Positions 31,469-41,841 of a DNA stretch of 64,000 bases are shown piece by piece; the stretch's first letter is position 1; each line of letters starts with the position of its first letter. A model generated the notes under the pieces. The model searched no databases. It was not told where the DNA came from and was given only the letters and a program-made list of their open reading frames with translations. The stretch spans positions 10,448 to 74,447 of the forward strand of contig JAYSUJ010000022.1 in NCBI GenBank assembly GCA_043719155.1, written 5' to 3'. A program made the translations under genes and the position numbers. This DNA comes from a bacterium (GTDB lineage Bacteria; Patescibacteriota; Minisyncoccia; Phycocordibacterales; UBA5272).

Positions 31469-34400
31469 TTAGCGTCCATCAAAATCAGAGTCTTTCTCGG
31501 CTGCTCTTACTGCAGCTTCGTCCGCTCTTTCTTGTTTCGTTCTAAAGCCCGTTCCTACTGGCACCAGTCTTCCTGCCATTACATTTTCCTTCAAACCTAC
31601 CAACTCATCTGTTTGACCACGAGTTGCAGCCTTGATTAGGATTTTTGTAGTGTTTTGGAAGGACGCTGCCGACAACCAAGACTCCGTTGTAAGAGAAGCC
31701 TGGGTAATACCTTGTACAATAGCCTCGAAAGTGGCTGGCTTGCCACCTTTTTCGACTATTTTCTTGTTCTCTTTCGCTACGGTATAGTCTGGAATAATGT
31801 CTCCAGCAGAGTATCTTGTATCTCCACCTTCCAACACCTCCACACGACTAAACATTTGCTTGATGATGATGTCCAAATGCTTTCTAGAAATACTTGCACC
31901 TTGTAACTCATAAACTTTTGTCACTTCAAAAGCGATATAGTCTTGAGCAGCTTCGGCACCAGCGATCTCAAACAACTCTTCGATGTCTGCCGATCCGTCT
32001 GTCAACAAGTCTCCTCTTTTCACTTTGTCACCAACTTTTACTACCAGTACACGTTTCGAATTTACCTCAATTTGTACAGACTTCTTCTTATCTTTAGTGC
32101 TTTCATTTTCGTCTAGAATTAAGGTTAAGATTTTATCATTACCATTGTTTTGTATCTCTAACACTTCTCCATTAAAGGGAGCAAGTGAGGCAGGAATTTG
32201 AGTTTTTGGCATTCTTTTTTCGAACAACTCAGTAACACGAGGAAGACCTTGAGTAATGTCGATTTCTGCTACACCTCCCGAGTGGAAAGTACGCATTGTC
32301 AGCTGTGTTCCTGGCTCACCGATGGCCTGCGCTGCAACGATACCCACAGCTTCTCCCATTCTAACCAATGTCCCACGACCCATATCTAGTCCATAACATT
32401 TCTGACAAAGTCCACGCACTGCATGACAAGTAAGAGGTGTACGAATAGCTACACTTGTAACTCCGGAGCTTTCAATTTCTTTTGCTTCAAATTGTTTTAG
32501 CAAGTCTCCTTTTTTTGCAACGATTTTTCCATTTGCGTCTATTACATCTGCTGCCAAAATTCTTCCCCAAATAGATTTCCAAAGTGGGATCTCGATTCCA
32601 GAAATGTTTTGTGCTGTTGCCATTTTTATCTCTTCAGTATTACAGTCTTCCTCAGAGATCATGGTGTCTTGAGCCACGTCTACCAACTTACGAGTAAAGT
32701 ATCCAGCTTGAGCTGTTTTAAGAGCCGTATCTGAACCACCTTTACGAGCTCCGTAAGAAGTTACGAAATACTCAATCGGTGTCAAACCTTCTTTGTAAGA
32801 GTTGATAATTGGAAAGTCTAAAGTACGTCCAGTGTTGTTTTGAATAAGACCTTTCATACCTGCCAACTGTACCAGCTGTCCATATGTTCCACGGGCTCCA
32901 CTGATAACCATGTCGCGAATCGGGTTTCCAGTTTTGAAAGCTCCATTTAAAGATTTTTCGATTCTAGATTTTGCCGAAGTCCAGATGGCAATGATTTTTT
33001 TATATCTTTCCTCAGTACTTAGGAAACCATCGTTAAAATTACTTTCAACTTCCAACACTAGTTTATTTGACTCTTCGATAATTGCTTTTTTCTCTACAGG
33101 AATTTCAACATCAAACAAACCGAATGTTACACCTGACTTAGTCGCATAACCGAAAGCAAAGTTCTTAACTTTGTCAAAAATTACCCAAGAATTCTCCAAA
33201 CCGTAACGATCGATAACATCTTCTAAAAGTTTGGAAATGAGTTTTTTGTCCAATGCTTCGTTTACATATTCATAGTCATTTGGTAAAACTGAGTTGAACA
33301 AAAGTCGTCCAACTGTTGTCTCAAAAATCTTGCCGCCAAATTTTGCGTACCTAGGTGAAGAAGTCGGAAGTACAATAATTTTTGATCTGAAAGAAACCAC
33401 ACCGTTTTCATGAGCTAATATCGCTTCGTTTGGTGAAGAGAAATATTGTTTTTTATCTGTCTCAATAATTGTTGTCATCCAGTACACACCGAGAACAATA
33501 TCTAAAAGCTTTCCAAAGAAAGAAGGGACACCGTCACCTGGTTTCAAAATGTTTTTTTGGGCCGCCATGATCTCTCTTGACTCCATTTGCGCTTCCTCTG
33601 AAAGTGGTAAGTGAACAGCCATTTGGTCTCCATCGAAGTCGGCATTGAAAGCTGGACAAACTAATGGATGGAGTTGTATAGCGTTTCCTTCAATAAGCTT
33701 TACCAAGAAGGCTTGCATACCTAAACGGTGCAAAGTAGGAGCACGGTTTAGCAAAACATATTTTCCTTGTATGACTTCTTCTAAAATTGCCCAAACTTCT
33801 GGTTGACCTTCTTCTATCATTTTGTTTGCACCTTTAATGTTGAAAGTAAATTGTCTTTCCAAAAGTTTTGAAATAATAAACGGTTTGAACAACTCTAGTG
33901 CCATGTGCTTTGGTAAACCACACTCATTCAAGTTCAGTCTTGGTCCAACCACAATCACCGAGCGGGCTGAATAGTCTACACGCTTTCCAAGTAAGTTTTG
34001 ACGGAGCATACCTTGCTTGCCTTGCAAGTTGTCAGCCAGAGATTTAAGCTGACGACGTTGTGTCGCGTTCATGGCCATCTCTTTAGCTCCTCGTGCCGAG
34101 TTGTCCATAAGTGAGTCCACAGCTTCTTGCAAAATACGCTTTTCGTTTCGCAAAATAACGTCTGGTGCCCCAATGTCTTTTAATTTCTTGAGACGATTGT
34201 TACGATTTATCACTCTTCGGTACAAGTCGTTCACGTCGGACGTAGCGTGACGTCCACCTTCCAAAGCTACCATTGGACGTAATCCAGGAGGGATAACTGG
34301 CAATGTTTTGATAAACATCCACTCAGGCCTTTGATTTGACTCTTTTAAGGCTCTTACAATTGAAAGTCTCTTTTGCAATTTCTCCTCTCCAGCTTTACCT

Positions 34401-35158
34401 GAGTTTTCCAAAGCTTCCGCAATTTCTTTTTCAAATTTTTCCAAGTCTAGTCCCTTTAAAATTTCATACACAGCCTCGGCACCAATACCCGCTTCAAATA
34501 CATTCGAGTATTTAGCAACATACTTATTATACTTTGCTTCATCCAAAACTTGCCACAAATCTATACTTTTTATCTCTTCTTTTGCAATTACCAAAAGTTC
34601 TCGCAATCTTTCTTTTGTGGCCTCGTCATTTGCATTTCCAAGCTTATCTTTGAACTCATTTTCCAAATCTTTTAACAAATTTACCTTAGCTTGCTCATTT
34701 ACACTTGTAACAATGTAACCTGCAAAGTAAATAACTTTTTCAAGTTGAGATTGTTGCACACCCAATATCAAAGATAATGGAGCAGGAATTGTTCCTTTCA
34801 AGTACCAGATATGAGATACAGGAGAAGCAAGCTCAATATGCCCCATTCTCTCACGTCGAACAATTGAGTCTGTAACCTGAACTCCACATTTTTCACAAAT
34901 TATATCTTTATAGCGGATTCTTTTATATTTTCCACAGTAACATTCAAAAGATTTAGTAGGTCCGAAAACACGCTCATCAAAAAGACCTCCACGTTCAGAC
35001 TTTCCTGTACGATAGTTGATAGTTTCTGGCTTCATCACTTCACCATATGACCACTCTTTGATTTTGGCAGGAGAAGCGATTTTAAGTTGTATTTCCTTAA
35101 AATTGTTTCGAATTATTTTTTTATTGTTGTGCATAAATGCGTATAGATTTGTTAACAA
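31469..35158 (-). CDS. rpoC: DNA-directed RNA polymerase beta-prime subunit
   Basis: Zn-binding CYCGKYKRIRYKDIICEKCGV, NADFDGD catalytic motif, 1229 aa. Confidence 0.98.
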   Translation of the reverse strand: MLTNLYAFMHNNKKIIRNNFKEIQLKIASPAKIKEWSYGEVMKPETINYRTGKSERGGLFDERVFGPTKSFECYCGKYKRIRYKDIICEKCGVQVTDSIVRRERMGHIELASPVSHIWYLKGTIPAPLSLILGVQQSQLEKVIYFAGYIVTSVNEQAKVNLLKDLENEFKDKLGNANDEATKERLRELLVIAKEEIKSIDLWQVLDEAKYNKYVAKYSNVFEAGIGAEAVYEILKGLDLEKFEKEIAEALENSGKAGEEKLQKRLSIVRALKESNQRPEWMFIKTLPVIPPGLRPMVALEGGRHATSDVNDLYRRVINRNNRLKKLKDIGAPDVILRNEKRILQEAVDSLMDNSARGAKEMAMNATQRRQLKSLADNLQGKQGMLRQNLLGKRVDYSARSVIVVGPRLNLNECGLPKHMALELFKPFIISKLLERQFTFNIKGANKMIEEGQPEVWAILEEVIQGKYVLLNRAPTLHRLGMQAFLVKLIEGNAIQLHPLVCPAFNADFDGDQMAVHLPLSEEAQMESREIMAAQKNILKPGDGVPSFFGKLLDIVLGVYWMTTIIETDKKQYFSSPNEAILAHENGVVSFRSKIIVLPTSSPRYAKFGGKIFETTVGRLLFNSVLPNDYEYVNEALDKKLISKLLEDVIDRYGLENSWVIFDKVKNFAFGYATKSGVTFGLFDVEIPVEKKAIIEESNKLVLEVESNFNDGFLSTEERYKKIIAIWTSAKSRIEKSLNGAFKTGNPIRDMVISGARGTYGQLVQLAGMKGLIQNNTGRTLDFPIINSYKEGLTPIEYFVTSYGARKGGSDTALKTAQAGYFTRKLVDVAQDTMISEEDCNTEEIKMATAQNISGIEIPLWKSIWGRILAADVIDANGKIVAKKGDLLKQFEAKEIESSGVTSVAIRTPLTCHAVRGLCQKCYGLDMGRGTLVRMGEAVGIVAAQAIGEPGTQLTMRTFHSGGVAEIDITQGLPRVTELFEKRMPKTQIPASLAPFNGEVLEIQNNGNDKILTLILDENESTKDKKKSVQIEVNSKRVLVVKVGDKVKRGDLLTDGSADIEELFEIAGAEAAQDYIAFEVTKVYELQGASISRKHLDIIIKQMFSRVEVLEGGDTRYSAGDIIPDYTVAKENKKIVEKGGKPATFEAIVQGITQASLTTESWLSAASFQNTTKILIKAATRGQTDELVGLKENVMAGRLVPVGTGFRTKQERADEAAVRAAEKDSDFDGR

Positions 35159-35257
35159 GTTTTGGTAATCAGCTCTATTTTAGGCTGCGGTTTTTTTTTA
35201 TTCGCCCTACACGAATTTTACATAACTTTTTTATTTAGTTTTTGTTGGAAACTTCAA

Positions 35258-38200
35258 CTAACCCTTGAAGTCTTCTTCTTCCACCTCATGCAGATCTGCC
35301 GCATCTTCCTCATCGATACCAAATTGCTCGTCTATGTCCACACCTCTATTTTTAAGATACTCAGCCTTTTGCCACTCGTCAGTTCCTTCTTTATCTCCAC
35401 CCAAGATACCGATATCTAGTGCCAAACCTCTGAGTGTATTTTTAAGTACATTAAATGATGCTGGGATACCCGGCTCAGGAGTTTCCTCACCTTTGATAAT
35501 CGCATCGAATGTACGAGTACGACCAACAATATCGTCAGACTTTACAGTCAACATTTCTCGAAGTGTATAAGCTGCACCATAACCTTCCAAAGCCCACACT
35601 TCCATTTCTCCAAGTCTCTGTCCACCACCTTGTGCACGACCTCCTAGTGGCTGTTGAGTAATTAGAGAGTAAGGTCCAGTTGAACGCATGTGTATCTTAT
35701 CTTCTACCATGTGGTGAAGCTTAAGCATGTACATGTAACCGATAGCAATATTTTGTTCAAATTTTTCACCTGTTTGTCCGTCAAACAAAGCGACTTTTCC
35801 ATTTGCATTGAAACCTGCTTTTACAAGTTCAGCTGAAATTTCGTCAGGAGTTGCACCTTGGAATGGTGGTACTACCGCTTGGTAACCAAGCGTGTTAGCT
35901 GCAAGACCTAAGTGAATTTCCAAAATTTGTCCTAGGTTCATACGAGATGGTACGCCTAGCGGAGTTAGTACAATGTCTACTGGAGTTCCGTCTGCCATGT
36001 ATGGCATTTCCTCCTCTGGTAAAATAACCGAGATAACACCCTTGTTACCGTGGCGACCTGCCAACTTGTCACCAACTTGTACATTTCTAAGCTGTGCAAC
36101 TTCGATATGGATTCTTTTCAAAATACCAGTTTCGAGAGAGTCACCTTTTGTTCGGTCAAAGATTTTAATACCAATAACACGTCCGCGTTTACCATTTTCT
36201 ACTCGCATTGAAGTATCTTTTACTTCACGAGATTTTTCACCGAAAATACTTCTTAAAAGTCTTTCTTCTGGGGAAAGTTCTGTTTCTCCTTTTGGTGTGA
36301 TTTTACCCACCAAAATATCTCCTGGCTCAACTTCTGCACCCAAACGAATAACACCATTAACGTCCAAATCTTTTAATCTATTTTCACCCACGTTTGGTAT
36401 GTCACAAGTAGTGCTTTCAGGTCCAAGTTTAGTCTCTCGTACCATACAAACAAACTCTTCTATGTGAATAGAAGTAAATTTACTTTTACGAACAAGTTTT
36501 TCAGATAAAATTATAGCATCTTCATAGTTATTACCATTCCAAGTCATAAAAGCAATTAAAGCATTTTGACCTAGAGCGATTTGTCCAGAGTGAGACGTAG
36601 AAGCGTCAACCAAGACAGTTCCCTTTTTAACCTTTTCACCAAGACGCACAGAAGGACGCTGATGAAAGTTTGTAAATTGGTTAGTTCTTTGGAAAGTTGC
36701 AAGATTGTAGGTGATTTCTTTTTTAGAACCATTCACTTCTGTGTCAGGTTTGAAAACAACTTTTGTCGCATCTACAAAAGTAATTTCACCAGCAGCTGGT
36801 GCATAAACCAAACGACCGGTATATTTTGCAAACTCAGACTCATAACCTGAGGCAACAAGAGAAAGCTCTGGAACTATACAAGGTGTAGCTTGCTTTTGCA
36901 TGTTCGCACCCATCGAAGTACGGTTGGCATCGTCATTTTCCAAAAACGGAATCATGGCTGCAGCAACTGAAAATTGTTGGAAAGTTGAAACTTCAACAAG
37001 CTCCACTTCTTCCTTTGGAATAATACCAGGTATTGTTCGCACACGAGCCTGCACTACTTCGTCAGTAATATTTCCTTTTGAGTCATAACTAAGACCTTGG
37101 TGGGCAATAACGTAAGCCTCTTCTTCAAGAGCGTTTAGGTACACAATTTTTGCTGTAATCTTTCCTTCTTTGACTACAGCGTAAGGTGTCTCAATAATAC
37201 CAAAAGTGTTGACTCTGGCATATGTGGACATACGCAAAATCAGACCGATAGTATGACCTTCGGGAGTGTGAATAGGACAAACACGACCATAATGCGAAGT
37301 ATGCACGTCACGAACCTCAAACGAAGCTCGCTCTGAGTTTAAACCACCTGGACCCATGGCTGACAAAGTTCTTAAATGCTCGATTTCTCCAAGCAGGTTA
37401 TCTTGGTTCATGAATTGTGAAAGCTGATTAGTAGCAAAAAACTCTTTGATTCTAGCCTGTAGTGGTCTTTGGTTTACAATGGCTGTTGGCTGATTTGTAT
37501 CTGCCTCAACAACTGACATACGGTCTTGGATATTTCTCTTAACCTGGATCATACCAGTACGAATTCTACCTTCGATAATTTCACCCACAAAACGAACACG
37601 ACGCGAACCCAAGTGGTCAATATCGTCTGGGATAGACTCAATATTTTCATTTGAGTCAATAATAGCTTGCACAACACGTACTAAATCTTCTTTAGTAAAA
37701 GTTCTTCTTTCAACTTCTTTACCCTCTAGTGGCAAGTTGAATCTTTTGTTAAAACGGTGACGACCTACAAGTGAAAAGTCATATCTCTCTTTTGAGAAAA
37801 TTGAAGCGAAATATTCTTTTGCATTGTCAGCAGAAGCCAAGTCTCCGTCACGCACTTTTTTATAAATTTCAACATAAGCGTCGGCTTGGTTTTTAATCTC
37901 GTCTGTTTCAGCAAGTTTTTTTATGTAAGCACGGCTTTTGTCAGACGTAAATGATGAAATTATTTCTTCATTTGTCTTGAAACCAAAAGCTCGAAGCAAA
38001 GAAATAACTCCAAATTTTCTTTTTTTATCAATTCTTACTACAATCTCGTTATCATTTGTAGTTTGCAGCTCTATCCACACACCACGAGCTGGGATAATTT
38101 TAGCACCATAGTACTCCTTTCCTTTCACTTCTTCAGCACTTATAAAAACTCCATAAGACCGGATAAGCTGAGCAACAATAACTCTTTCGATACCGTTTAT

Positions 38201-38563
38201 TATAAACGAACCATGGGAAGTCATCAAAGGTATATCAGCCAAGAAAAGCTCCTGCACTTTCTCTTCGCCACTTGTTTTATTCTTTAATTTAAATTTAGCA
38301 CGAATGGGAGCATCAAAAGTTTGCTTTTTAATTTTTGCATCCATTTCTGTCATTTTCGGGGCACCAATTTCAAAAGAAACAATTTCAAGGTCAAACTTTT
38401 TACCAGAATAATCTGAAATAGGTGTAAACTCACGTAACACATTTCCGAAACCTTCTTTAAGAAAAAGGTTGTAGGAATTTATTTGGTTTTCTACTAGGTT
38501 TGGAACTTCAACCAGAGCTTCGCGATACTTAGAAAAATGCTTTTGAATAACAGGAGTTGTCAT
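35258..38563 (-). CDS. rpoB: DNA-directed RNA polymerase beta subunit
   Basis: Conserved beta regions incl. GRHGNKGV, 1101 aa. Confidence 0.98.
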   Translation of the reverse strand: MTTPVIQKHFSKYREALVEVPNLVENQINSYNLFLKEGFGNVLREFTPISDYSGKKFDLEIVSFEIGAPKMTEMDAKIKKQTFDAPIRAKFKLKNKTSGEEKVQELFLADIPLMTSHGSFIINGIERVIVAQLIRSYGVFISAEEVKGKEYYGAKIIPARGVWIELQTTNDNEIVVRIDKKRKFGVISLLRAFGFKTNEEIISSFTSDKSRAYIKKLAETDEIKNQADAYVEIYKKVRDGDLASADNAKEYFASIFSKERYDFSLVGRHRFNKRFNLPLEGKEVERRTFTKEDLVRVVQAIIDSNENIESIPDDIDHLGSRRVRFVGEIIEGRIRTGMIQVKRNIQDRMSVVEADTNQPTAIVNQRPLQARIKEFFATNQLSQFMNQDNLLGEIEHLRTLSAMGPGGLNSERASFEVRDVHTSHYGRVCPIHTPEGHTIGLILRMSTYARVNTFGIIETPYAVVKEGKITAKIVYLNALEEEAYVIAHQGLSYDSKGNITDEVVQARVRTIPGIIPKEEVELVEVSTFQQFSVAAAMIPFLENDDANRTSMGANMQKQATPCIVPELSLVASGYESEFAKYTGRLVYAPAAGEITFVDATKVVFKPDTEVNGSKKEITYNLATFQRTNQFTNFHQRPSVRLGEKVKKGTVLVDASTSHSGQIALGQNALIAFMTWNGNNYEDAIILSEKLVRKSKFTSIHIEEFVCMVRETKLGPESTTCDIPNVGENRLKDLDVNGVIRLGAEVEPGDILVGKITPKGETELSPEERLLRSIFGEKSREVKDTSMRVENGKRGRVIGIKIFDRTKGDSLETGILKRIHIEVAQLRNVQVGDKLAGRHGNKGVISVILPEEEMPYMADGTPVDIVLTPLGVPSRMNLGQILEIHLGLAANTLGYQAVVPPFQGATPDEISAELVKAGFNANGKVALFDGQTGEKFEQNIAIGYMYMLKLHHMVEDKIHMRSTGPYSLITQQPLGGRAQGGGQRLGEMEVWALEGYGAAYTLREMLTVKSDDIVGRTRTFDAIIKGEETPEPGIPASFNVLKNTLRGLALDIGILGGDKEGTDEWQKAEYLKNRGVDIDEQFGIDEEDAADLHEVEEEDFKG

Positions 38564-38678
38564 ATTTTTTTATGAATTATTAAAAACTTATAATATTAAT
38601 AAAGCTAAAAGTCCAGTCGTTACTCAATCAGTTGGTCGGATTATAGCATGAAAAGCTATTTTAAACAAGTAAAAACAG

Positions 38679-39599
38679 CTACTTATCCAGGTAATTACTA
38701 GGGAAAAGCATTTTAGGCATGTTCGAGAAAATATAGCTTGAGTAAAAGTCAATTGGTACTACAGTTTCGGCACTTATCCCTGAAAGTTCACTATTTTCAT
38801 TTTTAAATACCACAAAGCCAGATTTTGCACTTTTGCTCATGAAAGATAAAACAACTCTAAAATTTACATAGCCATTTGGATTTACATCCCCATTTACAAA
38901 TGCTTTGGAGCTACCTATAACAAGACCCTTTTCATTCAAGACCAAAACAGGAAAACTTCTATTGGAAAAAACTTTAAAAAAAGCATACCCATGCACGACT
39001 TGACTGTTTCGAACTCGAGTATTAACTTGTAAATATGGAGTTACGTAAGTTGCTTTAAGCTTATCCTGTTTAAGTTTATCAGGAGACATTGCCACTTCTT
39101 CACTAAAGTTACTTACATCATTCATGTAAATATTTCTTTCTGGGTCTTGGTCTAGGGATGTTTGAGTGTTTACGTTACCCTGGTTTCTCCCTGACCCACT
39201 CCATCTAGTGTCAAATTCTCCGACTGGAGCCCAATCTGTTGGATGAGTTGTAGAAATCTTAGACTTAGATTCTTCATAGACTTGTTGCTGGGTTTTTAAG
39301 CCGTTCATTTGCCCAGTTCCAAAAAAAGATGAATGCGAGTTTGCTGCATCTGTACCAACATATACTGGGGAAAATTGAAAAGGATGAAAGTCGTTTAGCC
39401 ACTTTGTTAGTGAAAAAGCAGTAAACGTAGATAGAGCAGCAGCTGTAGTTGTGCCAATATTTTTTGTTTTCTCGCTACTTACAACAGTCTGAGCTGTATT
39501 TATTGAGGAATAGAAGACTGTTCGTATCATTATAAAAAGGACATAAATCAAAATTAGTCCTCCTATGATTGAAAAAAAATATTTAAAAATACTCATCAT
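38679..39599 (-). CDS. Hypothetical membrane-anchored extracytoplasmic protein (306 aa)
   Basis: N-terminal TM; Thr/Ser/Asn-rich; no recognised domain. Confidence 0.45.
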   Translation of the reverse strand: MMSIFKYFFSIIGGLILIYVLFIMIRTVFYSSINTAQTVVSSEKTKNIGTTTAAALSTFTAFSLTKWLNDFHPFQFSPVYVGTDAANSHSSFFGTGQMNGLKTQQQVYEESKSKISTTHPTDWAPVGEFDTRWSGSGRNQGNVNTQTSLDQDPERNIYMNDVSNFSEEVAMSPDKLKQDKLKATYVTPYLQVNTRVRNSQVVHGYAFFKVFSNRSFPVLVLNEKGLVIGSSKAFVNGDVNPNGYVNFRVVLSFMSKSAKSGFVVFKNENSELSGISAETVVPIDFYSSYIFSNMPKMLFPSNYLDK

Positions 39600-39617
39600 A
39601 GATAATGCTATACAAAA

Positions 39618-39800
39618 TTATATTTCGTATTCTTTGATTGTTTGTGAATTAAACTTGTCCTGAGGCAAAGTTTCTACTTTTATTTTGAAAGTAATAAAAA
39701 TTAAAACAAGTACTAACAAAGTAATAAGAGAGATAAACCGCCACTTGTATTTTTTAAAAAAAGACTTGATGTCCAGACTATTTATTTCATTTTCTTTCAT
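39618..39800 (-). CDS. Small single-TM protein (60 aa)
   Basis: ORF-track ORF with hydrophobic core FISLITLLVLVLIFITF. Confidence 0.3.
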   Translation of the reverse strand: MKENEINSLDIKSFFKKYKWRFISLITLLVLVLIFITFKIKVETLPQDKFNSQTIKEYEI

Positions 39801-39864
39801 AAAGTTAGTATAGCAGTAAAAGAAAAAAAAGTTTTACACAATGCAGTTTAGTTTTTTCTTCTTG

Positions 39865-39939
39865 AGGTGCCGGTGGGATTCGAACCCACGAAATGGCGGT
39901 TTTGCAAACCGCAGTGTTAAGCCGCTTCACCACGACACC
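39865..39939 (-). tRNA. tRNA-Cys (anticodon GCA)
   Basis: Reverse complement GGTGTCGTGGTGAAGCGGCTTAACACTGCGGTTTGCAAAACCGCCATTTCGTGGGTTCGAATCCCACCGGCACCT: 7-bp acceptor, anticodon loop TTGCAAA, T-loop GTTCGAATC. Confidence 0.85.
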
Positions 39940-40206
39940 ATTTTTGAACAAAATAATTATAACATAGAAAAACAAATATCCCCAGCCAAAACTCTAAAAT
40001 GGACTATACAAAGAAATTTATTAAATAGTCTTTTAGTAAATATAAAACTAAAGCAAAAATAGCAAAATACAATATAATTTTTACAAAAAATTTTACACTT
40101 TTGTACAAAAAGTAAATACCGACCAAGACTCCAATATACGGCACAGATTCTAATTTTAAATAAGACAGAAGTGTCTCGATCATATTAATTTAGTTTACAC
40201 TATTTT

Positions 40207-40234
40207 TTGTAAAACATTTTTTTTATGTTAGAAT
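40207..40234 (+). promoter_or_regulatory. Sigma70-like promoter for tRNA-Leu
   Basis: TTGTAA-16 nt-TAGAAT ending ~9 nt before tRNA 5-prime end. Confidence 0.5.
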
Positions 40235-40243
40235 ACTTCTATT

Positions 40244-40326
40244 GCTCGAGTGGTGGAATGGTAGACACGAAGGACTTAAAATCCTTTGCCTTTTAAAGCG
40301 TGTGGGTTCGAGTCCCACCTCGAGCA
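40244..40326 (+). tRNA. tRNA-Leu (anticodon TAA), type II with long variable arm
   Basis: GCTCGAG...CTCGAGC acceptor, anticodon loop CTTAAAA, T-loop GGTTCGAGTCC; followed by terminator. Confidence 0.85.
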
Positions 40327-40335
40327 CAAAAATTT

Positions 40336-40358
40336 TAAACCCTTTACAGGGTTTTTTA
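40336..40358 (+). terminator. Intrinsic terminator after tRNA-Leu
   Basis: aaaccct-ttac-agggttt + TTTTATTTT. Confidence 0.55.
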
Positions 40359-40403
40359 TTTTAGGTATGATTAAAATTGTGTTTAACTGAGAAAGGAAAT
40401 CCG

Positions 40404-40655
40404 ATGCCCAAAATGCCCTCAAAAGCAAGAAAGCACGCAAAACCTTGGAACACTTCTGAGGTTTACTTTTACTGCTTTAACCCAGGAACTGGACACGGCA
40501 AACTCTTTTGCCGGACCAATCAACAACAGTTCTGCTTTACCCGGCAACAATGGAAAGATGCCGGTTTTCCTCGGCTTCTTTGCGAACAAAGCTTGCTAAT
40601 TAATTGGGTGACAGAACCAAATGGTGAGCTGAAAGTCCTAAGTATGGGCAAGTAA
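40404..40655 (+). CDS. Small Cys-containing hypothetical protein (83 aa), GC-elevated, downstream of tRNA-Leu
   Basis: RBS GAAAGGAAA 4 nt before ATG 40404 (ORF track uses TTG 40377); MPKMPSKARKHAKPWNTSEVYFYCFNPGTGHGKLFCRTNQQQFCFTRQQW..; terminator follows. Confidence 0.35.
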   Translation: MPKMPSKARKHAKPWNTSEVYFYCFNPGTGHGKLFCRTNQQQFCFTRQQWKDAGFPRLLCEQSLLINWVTEPNGELKVLSMGK

Positions 40656-40677
40656 ACGCACATTTACTAGCGCTCGC

Positions 40678-40706
40678 GGTCAGGAAACTGACCGCTTTTT
40701 TTTATA
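40678..40706. terminator. Intrinsic terminator (convergent with mnmA)
   Basis: gcggtcag-gaaa-ctgaccgc + TTTTTTTTT. Confidence 0.6.
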
Positions 40707-41838
40707 TCAACTCACCACCACCCAGACAAATTTCACCATCATAAAAAACCGCAAATTGTCCAGGCGCAAAAACTAACGGTTCCTCATTTTTCAATCTATA
40801 TTCTAAAGTTAAAACATTACTTTTATCATCATAATTTACGATATCTACTTTATGTTTTTCACCTCTGTAGCGGACCCTGATTGATAGCACATCTGCCATG
40901 TCTAGACTTGCAAAACCATAAGTAAAAGAAAGATTTTTTACATCAACAATCTGATAGTTAGAGTTATTTCTAATTTCAATTTTTATTTCTTTTTGGGTTT
41001 TTGCATTAATGTCTCCTACAACTATTACATTTTTTTCTAAATCTTTAGAAACAACATACATATTTTTTATACCAGCACTTGTAGTCTTAACTCTAAAACC
41101 ATGTCTTTCCCCGATAGTATATAAAATAGCTCCGTCATGTTCACCAACGATCTCACCATTTAAATTTAAAACTTTACCTATTCGAGGTTTTAATTCACGT
41201 TTCAAAAAATCCTTCATTTCCAAATCACCCACAAAACAAATACCCTGAGAGTCTTTACGTGTTGCTACTGGCAATTTATTTTCTAAAGCAATTTTACGCA
41301 CTTCACTTTTTTGCAAATGACCAATGGGAAACAAAGTTTTACTTAATTCTTTTTGGGTGAGCTGAGATAAAAAATAGCTTTGGTCTTTTTCTTTGTCGGC
41401 AGATTCTAGCATCTTAAAATCCCCCTGATCCCCTTTAGGCAAAGGGGGAATCACAGCATAGTGACCTGTGGCTACAAAGTCGGCCCCATTTTTCAAACAC
41501 CAATTTAAAAAGCTACCAAATTTTATTTCCCTATTACACAACATGTCTGGATTGGGAGTATTACCTTTACTATATTCATCCAATAAATATTTTACAACCT
41601 TATCTTTATATTGCTGTTCTAAATCTAAAGTTATAAATGGTATTTCTAAATAGGCAGCAGTACGCATAGCTGATACCCTGTCTATTTTCCAAGTACATGG
41701 GATCCAGTCTGGTTGCCATCCTTTTATAAATACCCCTAGCACTTCATATCCTTGTTCTTTTAAAAGTAAGGCGGAGACACTAGAGTCAACACCGCCTGAC
41801 AAGCCTACATAAACTTTTTGTTTTTTTACAATTAGCAT
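40702..41838 (-). CDS. mnmA: tRNA-specific 2-thiouridylase
   Basis: PP-loop VYVGLSGGVDSS, catalytic Cys, 378 aa. Confidence 0.9.
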   Translation of the reverse strand: MLIVKKQKVYVGLSGGVDSSVSALLLKEQGYEVLGVFIKGWQPDWIPCTWKIDRVSAMRTAAYLEIPFITLDLEQQYKDKVVKYLLDEYSKGNTPNPDMLCNREIKFGSFLNWCLKNGADFVATGHYAVIPPLPKGDQGDFKMLESADKEKDQSYFLSQLTQKELSKTLFPIGHLQKSEVRKIALENKLPVATRKDSQGICFVGDLEMKDFLKRELKPRIGKVLNLNGEIVGEHDGAILYTIGERHGFRVKTTSAGIKNMYVVSKDLEKNVIVVGDINAKTQKEIKIEIRNNSNYQIVDVKNLSFTYGFASLDMADVLSIRVRYRGEKHKVDIVNYDDKSNVLTLEYRLKNEEPLVFAPGQFAVFYDGEICLGGGELI

Positions 41839-41841
41839 TTT

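Noticed and set aside
40377-40403. TTG start (40377) proposed by ORF track for the post-tRNA-Leu ORF
   Set aside because: ATG at 40404 has a well-spaced GAAAGGAAA RBS, while the TTG start would begin inside the terminator T-run of tRNA-Leu.
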